From Amphiscolops sp. MND2022 (Eukaryota), in contig OZ076420.1 of the NCBI GenBank assembly GCA_964187785.1, positions 23,622,001-23,686,000 on the forward strand: a DNA stretch of 64,000 nucleotides, in the 5' to 3' direction. The position numbers and the translations under genes were made by a program. Under the pieces are notes generated by a model that saw only the letters and a list, made by a program, of their open reading frames with translations, made no database searches and had not been told where the DNA came from. This document shows, piece after piece, positions 50,875-63,600 of the stretch. How positions within the stretch are numbered: position 1 is the stretch's first letter; each line of letters starts with the position of its first letter.

Positions 50875-51393
50875 CTCAAAGCAAGAAATCTGAAACAAAG
50901 CCTGAAATTAAGACAACAACCAAAAATGAAGTCATCATAACGGTGACAAAACCTAAAAGTTGGTTAATCACCAACGAAATTGACGCCGGCATAACGTCGG
51001 CACTAAAGGTTGATTGAAATATCGACGAAAATGACGTCGGCATAACGTCGACAAAAAGGTTATGAGGGTTGAGAAATTAATCTTATAACCTATAATGACG
51101 TCATCATAACGGTGACAAAAAAAAGTTAGCTAAGCTAACGAAATTGACGTCAGCATAACGTTGACAAACTTGGCTAAGCGGATTAATTCAATTTGCAGCC
51201 AATAAAAAACGACGTTGGCACAGCGTCAACACCTGAAGATTAAAAAGGATTAAAACGATTGATTAACCAATCAGAATGGAGGGATTTATCCCAATATTCT
51301 CCTTAATCCTAATTAATCCCAAATTCATTGTGGAACAATTGAAGAAGAAATTCAGCAACCCTACAACACACGACTCAACAACGACAGCGCAAA

Positions 51394-51588
51394 ATGAACT
51401 CTCTCAAAAACGTATACGAGCTAATCGACATTTCGTCAAGTGAAGACGAAAGTGAACTTGTGGAGAGATCTTCGACCCCTCTTCCCAGAGAGACGCTGCC
51501 TAACTATAGAGTAATACTAAAAAATTCCCTCTCATCCGCAGAAGCTGTAGCTGATGAGGAAGAATATTTCGATGTGTCAGCAGACTGA
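51394..51588 (+). CDS. Short acidic/Ser-rich sense ORF at the position occupied by ORF3 in E1
   Basis: 64-aa ORF; positional equivalence only, no clear sequence similarity to E1 ORF3. Confidence 0.3.
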   Translation: MNSLKNVYELIDISSSEDESELVERSSTPLPRETLPNYRVILKNSLSSAEAVADEEEYFDVSAD

Positions 51589-52029
51589 TCCGCGTGATGG
51601 GTGGGGTTCGATGAGTACTTTGTATGCGGTGTTCTTCACACGTCATCCAGAGTGATTCTGGGTTCCTGCCACGTCTGCCAATTTCCTTTTGTACAGTACT
51701 TAGGAATTTTGCTAGTTTTTAGCAGGTGTTGTTTTGTCGCCAAAGTGGTTGACATTACACAATGTTTTGTAAAGTTCTGAATTGACGATAGGTGAAAAGT
51801 ATCAGAATTTTTAATTATAATCTGTATATAACCTTCTAATCGGTTGTTGCGTTAGCGAAGGCGCGCTAAAGGTTTCAATATATTGGTTAACGACATTTAG
51901 TGAGTCCTATAGAAATTATAAAACCGATACTTTGATGCCAACCTCAGCATCATCGTTGTTTTTTTTCTTCTATCTTTCATGATTCACTGCTTGACGAGCT
52001 AGTTTTTTTGTTAAACTGATTGAAGGACA

Positions 52030-52400
52030 TGTGGTTCCTAAAGGTGCACGTGAATTAGGGTCGCTTTTCGTTCTAACTGACATCCAACCATGGAAATCAT
52101 TCGACACCGTAAACAATGATTGCTTTCCCGATGTCGTAACTGACTTGTTGAGTTACCTCTTGATGATCGTCTATTTCCCTGGGCGATTCCTTCTAATGAA
52201 CCTTTTCTCGAATTGACTCCCCGACTCATATTCGATCCAGTTAGGCTGTCAATTTTTGACGACAGAGTTTCAATTATTCTTAGAATATGTCATTGTCCTA
52301 ATTCGACAGCCTTGAGTCTCATGGAGATTTTATTCTCGATTTTATTATTTATGTTCTCAAATTCTCTTTCATACAAGCTCACTAAGACCAATCTCTACTC
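52030..52400 (-). pseudogene. Possible RTE-like LINE C-terminal relic
   Basis: KGSLEGIAQGNRRSSRG resembles the K..L.G...G.RRRGR tail of RTE ORFs; very decayed. Confidence 0.3.
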
Positions 52401-52639
52401 TAGTTTCCTCAAGGGAGTCCCTCACGAGTCTTCGTTTGTCTTTCCCGGCATATTGTCTTTGTGAAAACAATGGTGGCAGGATAAAATATAAATTGACGTT
52501 TCGACGATTGTTTTCTTCTATACCTCGCAATGGATTCGAACAGTCAGTCAAAATATCCTTCACGATATCAACGCATTGAATTCAGGAATTATCAGATGGA
52601 AACAAAAATGAAAAAAATGAACCAGACGGGAACGTCTAA

Positions 52640-53203
52640 AGCCGGCGCTATATCTAGGGCTCAAAAAGCGCAAAACAATTTTTCCACTTTCGGAAAATGT
52701 CGAACAGTGCCAAAAAATGTAAAAGGGGGACCCTTTGGGATTTATTAACATACATTCAGTTGCAAAATACCAAAACACTCGAAGGGGGGATCCTTTGGGA
52801 ACATTAAATAAGTTTCGAAAAACGTCGCACAGTGCCAAAAAAACCTATGGGGGCCTTTTTAGGCACGTCCGGTTTTGTAGGTTTCCTTGAAAAAGTAAAA
52901 CAGGGGAGACCCTTTACACTCATAGGGGGACTCTTTGGAGACATAAAAAGTTCGCAAAAAAGTCGCACAGTGCCAAAAAGAATCGATTGGGGGGAGCCTT
53001 CAGTCCCGTCCGGTTTTGTAGGATACGTTTGAAATACAAAAAACCAAAGGGGGACCCTTTGGAATAACTTGTATGCGTTTCCCTGGTGTTCGTTTACTTT
53101 TTATAGTTGAACGTTAACGTTCGTCGCTTCGAGTCTGTCTTGAAAAAGAAAAAAAACGAATGACTGCAAAAGTCGAGCTCTTTTATTAATAAAAAGGCCG
53201 ACT
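52640..53203 (+). mobile_element. Third copy of the AGTCGGCGC MITE-like repeat
   Basis: Shares the GGCGCTATATCTA.GGCTCAAAAAGCGCAAAACA start, subrepeats and end with 27641-28093. Confidence 0.7.
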
Positions 53204-55813
53204 AATAAAAATGAGTAAACAAAAGTAGATGATTAGAGTATACAAGATTGGATATCAATTGTGAACAGTCGTCTCAGTTTGATTAGGATCCAAGATTAAT
53301 ACTGCACAGATAAATCGAAACATAAAACTTTCCCGCGTCAGATAAATGTACTTTACGGTATACACGCGAGCAAATTCTCGTGCGCACCGTCTTCAGCTTG
53401 AGGTCTTTCCGAGGCAGGGACGTCCAAACTAGCTAGGATTCCTAGTGATTCGGCTTTAAGTATCAACTCACGTTTAGGGAAAAGTGGGAACAAGCAAGCT
53501 GAATTCCCAATTCGACGTCACTTCATCTTCATTTCGCGCAAATTTGAGACGCAGAAACTGAAGTTGACACTGCCGTTCATGAACCTAGGTAATGACGCGG
53601 GAAAAGATATGAATTTTACAACGAAGTAAAAGTAGGAATTTTATTACCATCAATCAACATATTGCACTAAATATTCAAGCTACCACCCTTAGGAAACTAG
53701 TAGAAAATTGATACTTGCATTTAGTGTATTAAGCAACATTACACAACAAAACTATCCTGGTCATTGGCCGGACACTCAAATTATTGATTGTGAGAACATC
53801 AACGTATTTCGATAAATCGCATTGGAAACAGCAATCATCAACAAAACAAGGAAATACCACTGAATAATTCCTGTTTTCAGTTAACGCCATCGTCCTGCTT
53901 CACTCAAACGCGTTCGTAGTGCAACCTGGATGGGTACTCAGGCACAGAAATACAGTATGATGCCTGAACCGTTGACTCCGAAATGACATTACAACAACTT
54001 TGGGATATATATTTCTTTCTTGAATCAGGTACTCCTCCTATTTCACTGTGAAGGTTCATGGCTGTGAACTGGTTAAGATATTGCATCTTTTAATGGTTTA
54101 TTAGCGTGGAAATCAGAATAACTAGTCGGTTGAAAAGGCCGTTGACTCAAATTTGGTTGACTGTTATGCTGCCTGGACAGCTACTCAGCCAAATAGGTAT
54201 ATTTGCGCTTTCCCCTGATTGGGTAATAATTCAATAAACAAGTACTGATATTGCCAATTACTAACGCTGAGGCAGCACGTTCAACGCTGAGGCAGCACGT
54301 ATCAACGCGTTCACTGATCAAATTCTGTCAGCGCACTGGCTGTTTGACTGCAAATAACTGCCACAATTAAAACCATTTAAATGTTTACAGATGTATGTAT
54401 TCAGTTACTGCGCTTCAATATTATTATAATAAATCGATCAAACACATAAATGTTTAGGTACTACAGTTGAAGATTGTTTGATGTTGGTTTCAGTATATTT
54501 ATGTTTCTGTTGGAGTATCTTCATGTCAATTTCATCGGTCCTTCCCATAAGACACTCCCATACAGTTTTTGTCTTCGCAGTTTCGCGGTATCTGCGACAC
54601 CCGATAAAAGTTTAGAGCTATTAGTGTCATTGAAAATCCTTCGCCAGGTTTCCACACCATTTTTAGGCAATATCCTTTTGAGCAATTCGTTCTAATTTTT
54701 CCGTGGAAAAAATGCTTAGGTTCTAACTCGAAAAAAGTCCATTTCACCATCATTAATTCATTTTGAGTAGTTGATCACTGTGGTCTTTAAAGCATCCAAA
54801 ATGTCAAAATTTGAAGCTAAAAACTACATTTTATCATTTTAGGATATTTCATTTCAGGAATTTTTCCGGAAAAAAATTATTGTACATTCTGTCTGGAGTA
54901 TTTATTTTTTATTTTAAATGGAAAGATATTAATTCGCGGAAAAGCTGCGAATTAATTTTTATAGATACGAGATCTGTTTCTATAGTTACCTGAGTTGATG
55001 ACCGAGATTGCTTGTGCTTTTGGTCTGTTTTCAACTTCAACTGTTGCTATTGTTGAACAGAAGTTGGAACTCTGGGCTGAGACAACAACCGCTTAGTTCA
55101 CCTTTTTCTCGAGTTTCATGACTTATTTTTTCAAAAAAGTTGATTTACTCATCAATGTTGTTGTTTCAAGTCACAAGTTCGAGTTGCACTCGGACCATAG
55201 TTTCCTTTCAGTCACTGGAAACGTCGTATGGTGTGGCTTAATCACATCCAACAGCTTTCTGATTCCTGGATCATCTTTTCATTTTTGAGACTGAATCTGT
55301 TTATGATTTCATGACTTTACTATCGGAGACATTTGTTTAATTTTTCTTTCATTATGAGAACGCGAGTCCGGAGAAATTGTTTGAGAACTGTTGAGCAAGA
55401 ATTACGGAGCCATAGGGAGCGAGGGTTTTTGAAATATGTCGTATTGCGTTTTGCTGATGCCGGTAAGTTCGCAATCGCTATGTTTTTGAACTCAGATATA
55501 TCGATTAATTAGCGAAACTATTAAACTTGTGACCGTTCGTAAAACTGCTTTTTGAAATAAATCCTGAACAGCAGAGTGCAATTTACTACATTCCAATGCT
55601 TTATCAGCCTTATCGAAAACACTTGTTGTAAAACTTGGCCTTCCTTCTTCTCAGAAACTTCGCGCCCCTCCAGGTCGGCCTCCATCGAAACGAGCCGCTG
55701 GACAAATAATGACACGTCGCTTCGCTGCCGCTTTTGAGGCACTACGGATAAGTGAGTATAGCTGACTATGAGGACAACTCTCGACGAAATCCAATACACA
55801 TTAACATCTGAAC

Positions 55814-56173
55814 TACACCATTTGCAATTCAAGTGAGAGAAAAGGCACATTCAAGTGAGTGAAAAAGCACATTCAAGTGTGAACATGCCGTTAGTGACAT
55901 TCAAGTGATAAATCGAACATTCAAATGAGAGAAAACGGAAATTCAACTGAGAGTGTTCACAAATTAACGAATAGAGAGTAATTTAAATGAAAGAAAGAAA
56001 AAATTCGGAGAGGCTTCGAGCAAGGTATGAACACTCTCACTTGAATTTCCGTTTTCTCTCACTTGAATCTTCGATTTCTCACTTGAATGTCACTTACGAC
56101 ATGTTCTCACTTGAATGTGCTTTTTTACTCACTTGAATGTGCCTTTTCTCTCAGTTGAATTGCAAATGGTGTA
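55814..56173. mobile_element. MITE with TIRs of about 145 bp built from ATTCAAGTGAGA subrepeats, flanked by TA (Tc1/mariner-type signature)
   Basis: 55814-55959 is a near-perfect reverse complement of 56028-56173; TA-CACC...GGTG-TA ends. Confidence 0.85.
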
Positions 56174-56527
56174 TTGCTATTAGAATTTAAACTTCAACCA
56201 ATGAAAATGCACTTTTGATCTTCAATTTGTTTTGTTCCTGGTTTTGAGATTTGGACATCGACAGAAAAAATGGCTTGTGTTGCATAAAAAAGTTTGTCGA
56301 CGTTTGGAAGTCGTTATAGTTGAGACTTTGACTCTTGTCTGACCCTTCAAATTCCAAACATAGGATTTGGTTCAGGTTAGAGCACCCAGAACAAAATGTT
56401 GGTTCATTGATTGTTACTTTTGCAGGAGGTACAGGAGGTAAATGTAGCGCTTCTGAGTCTTTCACTGGGAGATATTTTGTTCATCTTTAGGAACTTTCTA
56501 TATACGAAGGCGATAGTAGAAGAAAAA

Positions 56528-57810
56528 TGTCACAGTTCGCGCCCGGACTCGAATGTGGCTGCAGAAAAATAAGAATAGGAAGAGGCCGCAGTTGTACTTC
56601 GGATCTAGCGAAGAGGTATTCTGGCTATTAAGCTTCACCTTTGAATAAGTATTCTATGACTTAACAGGAAATTAACGTCCCTTTTACACCAATCTAAAAT
56701 GAAAATGACTACTAAAATGAAACAGATTGAAATAAGTTCACATTTCCGCTGAGACGTTTGAGCCACGTCAAGATTAAGTCCATTCTCCACCTGAAAATCT
56801 TATTTGAAATAAGCATTCCCAAAGATCACAGCTCGAACTACAATGAAAATTAAATCGAAAATTAGAGAACAAAGCATAACGCCCATTCAGAGAAAGGCAG
56901 CATAATCGCACTTTGAAATGCAGTTAATGCGGATTAGGACGATGAAACGTCGCTGAATAAACAATCATGGCAGCGCTGGTCGATATTACTATGTTTGTGA
57001 CGTCAGCACAACGCAGACGGTATTGCGATTTATCTCTGAAGTCTTAGATTTGTCTAGGCGTAGTTACTCCCCTTTAAGATAACGACGCGACTATGTCACG
57101 GTTAGAGCAACTAGCTAGAGTGTCATTCCTATTTTCTCGTCAGTATCACGTCATACTAGGTAGCTTGCCACGAAAAATTGTCAACACCACGTCGCAAACT
57201 TATGAAATTGGGTGTTTTAATTGGTATTAATTTTTCGGTAAATTTATGAAAATATTTTTTATTCAAGAAACTCTGATGGAAATCAGATTGAAAACACATA
57301 TTGATTATGTCAATTATCAGAGAATACGTAATGGGACTATGACCTTACGCCTAGCTTGCGTTAAGACGAATTATAGCTATCTAAATGAGAGCTAAGGCCA
57401 TTTTCACGCACGTATCTTTACTTAAAAAGTGTTTTTAAGGCTCATAGATGAGAAGTCACAGTCTATGACAACAATGAAGCAGAAGAAAGGTATTTTTCGT
57501 CTTACAAGAATATTTTATACTTGTGTCTCTTTTTTTGAATGATGTTCTTTTTTTAGTTGATATCTACCTAAAGTGTCGGCAACGCATCGTGGTTGAATTT
57601 GAATCTGACTTATAAGGTGAATTTCAATGACCATTACGGTAGTACCAGTAAGTTCTTGGTGCAAGGTGCAGTTCTTGCCGTTTGAAGTTTTGTACTAATT
57701 TGATAATACTTTTACAATTGGTTGCCAGAAATTATCCGAAAATGTCATGGAACACCTGTTGATGCGATTTATATGGAACTAATTTTTTGTTCATTTTGTA
57801 GTACCGATTG
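56528..57810 (+). repeat. Diverged LTR related to the E2 LTR, cut by the assembly gap
   Basis: Collinear shared blocks with 38214-39250 (TGTCACAG..CCCGGACT, AGAAAGGCAGC..AAT.GCACTTTGAA, GCGGATTAGGACG, AAGTCACAGT.TATG). Confidence 0.7.
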
Positions 57811-58010
57811 NNNNNNNNNNNNNNNNNNNNNNNNNNNNNNNNNNNNNNNNNNNNNNNNNNNNNNNNNNNNNNNNNNNNNNNNNNNNNNNNNNNNNNNNNN
57901 NNNNNNNNNNNNNNNNNNNNNNNNNNNNNNNNNNNNNNNNNNNNNNNNNNNNNNNNNNNNNNNNNNNNNNNNNNNNNNNNNNNNNNNNNNNNNNNNNNNN
58001 NNNNNNNNNN
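57811..58010. other. Assembly gap (200 N)
   Basis: Run of N. Confidence 1.
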
Positions 58011-61000
58011 ATATAGGAAGGCGCTAATTTACGTGATTCATTATAAATGTTAAAGTAAAACTTTCTATTCTATGAAATTCGTTCTCACTATGCGTCAATA
58101 TACTGTAAATGATATGACGTACAAGCGTCAAAAGTCGTTTTTGGAATATTTGTATACGCCATTATACGTAAACTTGTCTTACGTATACACGTCATTGTGC
58201 GCTTTTTAACTATACGTCGACATGCGTTGTGTAATATACGCTTTAAATATACTCTATTAGGCAGTTCATACGATGTCGCATATACGTCAACATGCGGTGT
58301 TCGCAGTAAAAGTGCAAATTATCATGCTATGTGAGATATGAAGTGTATGCGATTTTGTTCACTGTTGGATATTGGTGTCTATGTGTTATACGCGCTATTA
58401 TGCGGTATATGGTGTACCGCATATACGTCATTACGCGTTTTTAGCTATTATCTCACACTTTGCAGTCATGCATCGATTAATTCTTTTGATAACATTTGAA
58501 ACACTTTGTACAGCATCTAGGGTTACTTTTCTAGAATTTTTACAGTCCCTTGACAATATTTAGTGTATCATGATAGCATAATTGAAGGATATATATAAAA
58601 TGATGTGATTTTGACGTTATACTATTTTTAGTTCTTTGAACAATGATATCAGTAAAAACGATTGTCACCTTTTATATTTTTAGGAAAAGATATAACTGAA
58701 GAAACCATTCATTCATGATTTTATCTCTTTCACTGACCAGTTGCTTAAATTTCAACCTGATCTTTGTGCAAGCAGTTTTTGACTAACATTCTGTTTCATC
58801 TTCTGAATTGTGTTTGGATTATTCTCTTGAATGAATACAATTTCTTCCCCAACAAACAAATTACAATTTTTCTTTGAGCAAGATGGGAAACAAAAGGAAT
58901 AGACAGTCCAAGTGACTGGGTACTCCATTTCCAGAAAGAGATCTCAGTAAAACTCAGCAAGAAACATCAACCCAAGGTAATGATACTTTGACTAATGTCG
59001 ATTCTAATGTTCAAGGAAGTTTAGATAACAATTAACGTAGGAATCAATCAAATGAATCTAGCCAGTTGAGCAATGAAATTCAGGCGCGGACTGAAAATTT
59101 TGAACGAAAGAACAACGATAGAATTAAAGAAATGAGAGAATAAAATAGACGCGATTCTGAAAGAGATAAATTCTAATAATAGTGCGTCTACAGTAACAAA
59201 CCCGAGATCCGAAACGAACGGTATACAAATTGTGCAATTTTTGGGATCCAAAACTAAAAGGTCAATTGGAGTACACGCATCTTATAACGATAATTCAGAC
59301 TAAAAAAAAGAGAGGATTATCCTCTTCAAGCCTCTAAAATGAGAGACCTTAGACATCCAGCCAGATCATTTCATGAAAGTGAAACAAACTTAGACGAAAC
59401 AATGGTATCTGAAGAGGACTCAGAGGAAGAGGGTTATCACAGGAGCTAATAGAAATCTCAAAAGACAACGTTCACAAAACTCTCAACCCTTAAACGACAC
59501 CATTGGATCACGCGCAGATCGGCAAACGTCAATAGTTACAGAAACACCCTCTGACACAGTAAACCAAATTGTCCAAGCAATAGAGAAACTAGCAAACAAA
59601 AACACCCAGCAATCACTTTTCCATCCGAAAAATACATTGACATTCAATGGAAAAAATGAGAAAAATGAGCAATTCGAATACTTCAAAAGACTTTGCATGC
59701 AGCTAAACCTAACTGAGGAAATGAAAATTATTCACTTTCACGCTCACCTTGGAGGTTTGGCTCTAAAAACTTTCAAAAACATACAAAGAACTCCAACTAC
59801 AACCTTAGAGGACATCTTGAAAGTCTTTCGTAGAAAAAATGTGAAACCAGAATCCAGTGCCTCAGCAAAGCACCGATTCAATAGACATTTCTTTGACCAC
59901 GAAAACCAAAAACTACCGGACTTCCTTGAAGAACTTCAAGAAAGTGCTGAAAAAACGTTCGGAGATAACGCGCATCAGATACTCTCAAAGATGCCCCCAC
60001 ACGTTAAAAAATCTCTCACTCAAGCCTATCTCGAAAACGGCACTTTCGACCAGATCGTAAAACATCTCGAGAGGGAAATAGAACTAAACGGTTTGGAGGC
60101 AGATGAACCATCGATCAAGACCCAAATGACCGTCACTAAAAAAAACAAATGGCTGAAAAACAAAATCAAAACCCTAAAACGCAAACTCCAAAAACAGTAC
60201 CCAACAAGACACTTAAAAACGACCAGTGCCGTTGTTGCAAAGAGACGGGCCATTGGATGGCTGACTGCACCAAACTAGCAAAACGGCGTAAACTTGAAGA
60301 AGACCCGGATGCAGGAAAATGCCAAAACTGCAACACACCCGGTCATGAAGAGGAAAACTGCTACTTCGGCGCCAACATGGAAACCCGTCCACCGAAACGG
60401 ATTCTCACAGAAGCTCAAAAGAAAGATCGAAGTTTACAAACAAGCTCGAAAACTCATAAAATCAAAAATAAAACGACCTCAGCAATCCTCTTGCAAGGTT
60501 TTAAACTAAAAACGCCACGCCTTAACAACCAAAACGCCCAAATAACAACAAAAAAGCACAAGACGACTGGCAGCGTCAAATGGAAACAATGAATATACAA
60601 CTCAAACAACTGACCACAGAACCAAACTACACACCTCAAACATCTACACACTCAGACAACAATGAAAATCCACAAGAATCATACTACTATGAACTTATGA
60701 GATATGCTCCTGATAAGTATCTTTCAGACACCATTCAAACCTCTTCTACACACACAAACAACCCACCAGAAATTCATCACCCGAGTACTTTTTCTAGCAA
60801 TGAACAAAAACAGCTTCTTTTAGATGAAGATATCACAAATCACATCCAGTTTGATCAGGAACCCAGCCTGTCATACCTACCCATGTCCACCTCGCTAACA
60901 TTGAAACGGAAAAGCCACATGTACTACATGCCAATGGACTTCGAAAAACTCAAACTTGATGGACTCATCAACACTGGAGCCCTGACTAGTGCAATCTCTG

Positions 61001-62956
61001 AACAAGACCTCAACAAAATCAAAATGATTGCCAATGAAGCAATAAAAGATACTGGCCCACTGCCAAATTTCCAAATTATGGTGGCCAATGGTCAATTGGA
61101 AGTACCAATTGGCACAGTACTACTCGAATTCGTAATGGCTGATTTCATGTTACGAGATAATTTCATCATCATGAAAAACTTTACAAACCCACTCATTGGT
61201 CTCTGCTTCCTCCGCAGAAACAATGCAGTTTTTGATGTTACACAAGGTATTTTAATTTTTCCATACCTTTTAATGCAATTAAAATCAGACGCGCAAGTAA
61301 CATTACGTCAAGCAACCCCCTTGTTCGCTGAAAATACATATACCCTAAAACTAGGCAAAACTCTCGCATTAGTAAGCAGAATGCCCCACTTGTTAGATCA
61401 TGACGCAACAGGAATAGTCACACCCTCACCAAAATTTGAAAACCACGACAGCATTTCAATCACATCGTCACTTAGCACGGTCATCAATAATGCTATCGGG
61501 TACCAAATAACTAACTTCTCAGAACTTTCAAATACAACAATCTGTGACACACATTTAGCACATTTCAAAATCCTCACGCCAGAACAAATCAAGCATATAC
61601 AACCTGTAGACCCAGCGATTTTATCATTCATGATACAACATGAAGAAACAACTGAAGTCTACATAATTGAACTTTCGAAAGTGCCATCACAAAACCCCGA
61701 ACAAGAATCTTATTGGTTCCCAACACCAGAAGAACCAGGGGATCCCACAACATATACCCCAATCCAACAGCAAATCTACAATGAACTCTTCGAGCTTAAA
61801 GAACTTGAACAACCGAATCCACATTTTCGACTGAAACGAAACAACGCTCAGTTCAGAAGAACAGAAACAAATTGAAGAAACTCTCATTGAATTCCACGAC
61901 ATTTTTGTCAGACACCGATTCGACATTGGCACCAATCGTGAACTCAATGTTAAGCTCACACAAAACGATTACAGACCAGAATATTGCCTATGTTTGCCAA
62001 CACCAATCAACCTCAAAGATGACCTTACGGTAGAACTATCCCTTCTACACAAATATGGAATCATAACAACACTACCTTTTTCAAAATACGCTAGTCCCAT
62101 TTTTGCGCAACGCAAACCAAACGGACGCCTCAGACTACTCGTGGATCTCAGGAAAATCAACAATCTCATCACTGAAGACTACATCAACAACAACCACTCG
62201 GTAAGCACATTATCGGATGCAGCACAACATATGGCAGGCAAAAAACTTTTCTGTAAATTAGACTGCTCCCAGGCTTACCACTGTCTTCAAACGGCAGTTT
62301 ACCAGTCTATTCAGATGCTTGCGTCCAACTTTGCAATCCGAACTTTTGCTTATCGCCGACTTGCTCAAAGACTTAGCCGATATCTCCCGGCCTTCTCAAG
62401 CTTCATGAGAAAGTACCTTGATAAGGCGATCAAGGCCGACCAAATCGCTCAATATGTAGACGACATTGGCATAGCAGCAAATGGTACAAAACAATTATGT
62501 GCCAACATCAGAACTGTTTTTGAATGTATCCGAAATGCCGGACTAAAACTCACAATGTCCAAATGCCACTTCGGCGTCAAACAAGTCGATTTCTTAGGCC
62601 GCACAATCACACCCGAAAGCGTAGGCCCGTAAGCTGACAAAGTCAAAAATTTCTTGTCCAAACTGAGATTCCCCAAATCCAAAAAAGCACTCCAAAGGTA
62701 CATCGGTGTCTTAAACTATTACCGCATTTACATTCCGAGACTTTCTGAACGATTGTCACCGTTCTTCAAACTCCTCAAAGAAACCTCCAGATTTTACGTA
62801 CCCACGAATATGGTAGTTGATTTCAACAATCTGAACAAACTTCTCGAAAATTCTGGTCAACTAGCTCTGAGACAACCCCTCAAAGACAAACAACTCATAT
62901 TCATGTCTGACACAAGCTTTACAGCAGCAGGATATGCTATGATGATAGAGGACGAC
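58011..62956 (+). mobile_element. Truncated, decayed Gypsy element E3 (E1 family): partial LTR to 59441, gag 58883-60509, pol 60500-62956
   Basis: MGNKR start, LTR end TTATCACA, and gag, protease and RT fragments closely similar to E1; ends abruptly at the start of RNase H (GYAMMIEDD). Confidence 0.88.
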
Positions 62957-63600
62957 TGTTATGACTGTTTACAGGAGTTGTTTTGGAACTAGTCGCAGTT
63001 GTTGTTTTAACAGGTGTTGACGTGTTAGCTACGGAGACGTTTTCAGCTTCAGAGTCACTATCCTGGTCATTTGCGGAGATGGGACGTTTTCTACTTAAAA
63101 GGGCTATCAGTTAAAGCATTTCCTTTTGGTTCTCAGCTAGTATTTTTGTCAGATCAGATAGAATCTTTTTTCTTAGAGACGTTTTTATCTCGTCTAAGGT
63201 TTCCGGCTCAGTTCTGAGAGTTTTACTAGAACCTGCGATTAAATCCTCAGACGGGAGATTCTCGGCTACGGAGGTTTCAAAATCCCCGTAGCTGAGAATA
63301 TCCCATCTGAGGATTTAATCGCAGGTTCTAGTAAAACTCTCAGGACTGAGCCGGAAAACTTAGACGAGATAAAAAGGTTTTTGAGAAAAAAGATTCTATC
63401 TGATTTGACACAAATATTAGCTGAGAACCAAAAGGAAATGCTTAAACTGATAGCAACTTCAAGTAGAAAACGTCCCATCTCCGCAAATGACCAGGATACT
63501 GATTCTGAACCTGAAAACGTCTCCGTAGCTAGGACGTCAACACCTGTTAAAACAACAACTGCGACTAGTTCCAAACCAACTCCGGTAAACAGTCGTAACA
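62957..63600. repeat. Long inverted repeat: arms 62957-63271 and 63286-63600 (315 bp each), 14-nt loop, made of an LTR 3' end
   Basis: The arms are reverse complements with scattered mismatches; outer ends TGTTATGAC and GTCGTAACA are LTR termini. Confidence 0.92.

Larger units (their letters stand above)
38214..51600 (+). mobile_element. Degenerate Ty3/Gypsy element E2 (second family): LTR-gag-pol-antisense spliced gene-short ORF; 3' LTR not found
   Basis: Start TGTCACAGCCCG resembles the E1 LTR start; LTR end GTCGTAACA plus PBS; gag and pol carry stops. Right boundary approximate. Confidence 0.88.

Noticed and set aside
55740-55775. Translation IVSYTHL...KRQ resembling the Nextera adapter artefact AVSYTHL
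   Set aside because: The DNA (GTCAGCTATACTCACTTA on the minus strand) does not match the adapter CTGTCTCTTATACACATCT; coincidence.
57722-58053. ORFs spanning the N run
   Set aside because: Artefacts of the assembly gap.
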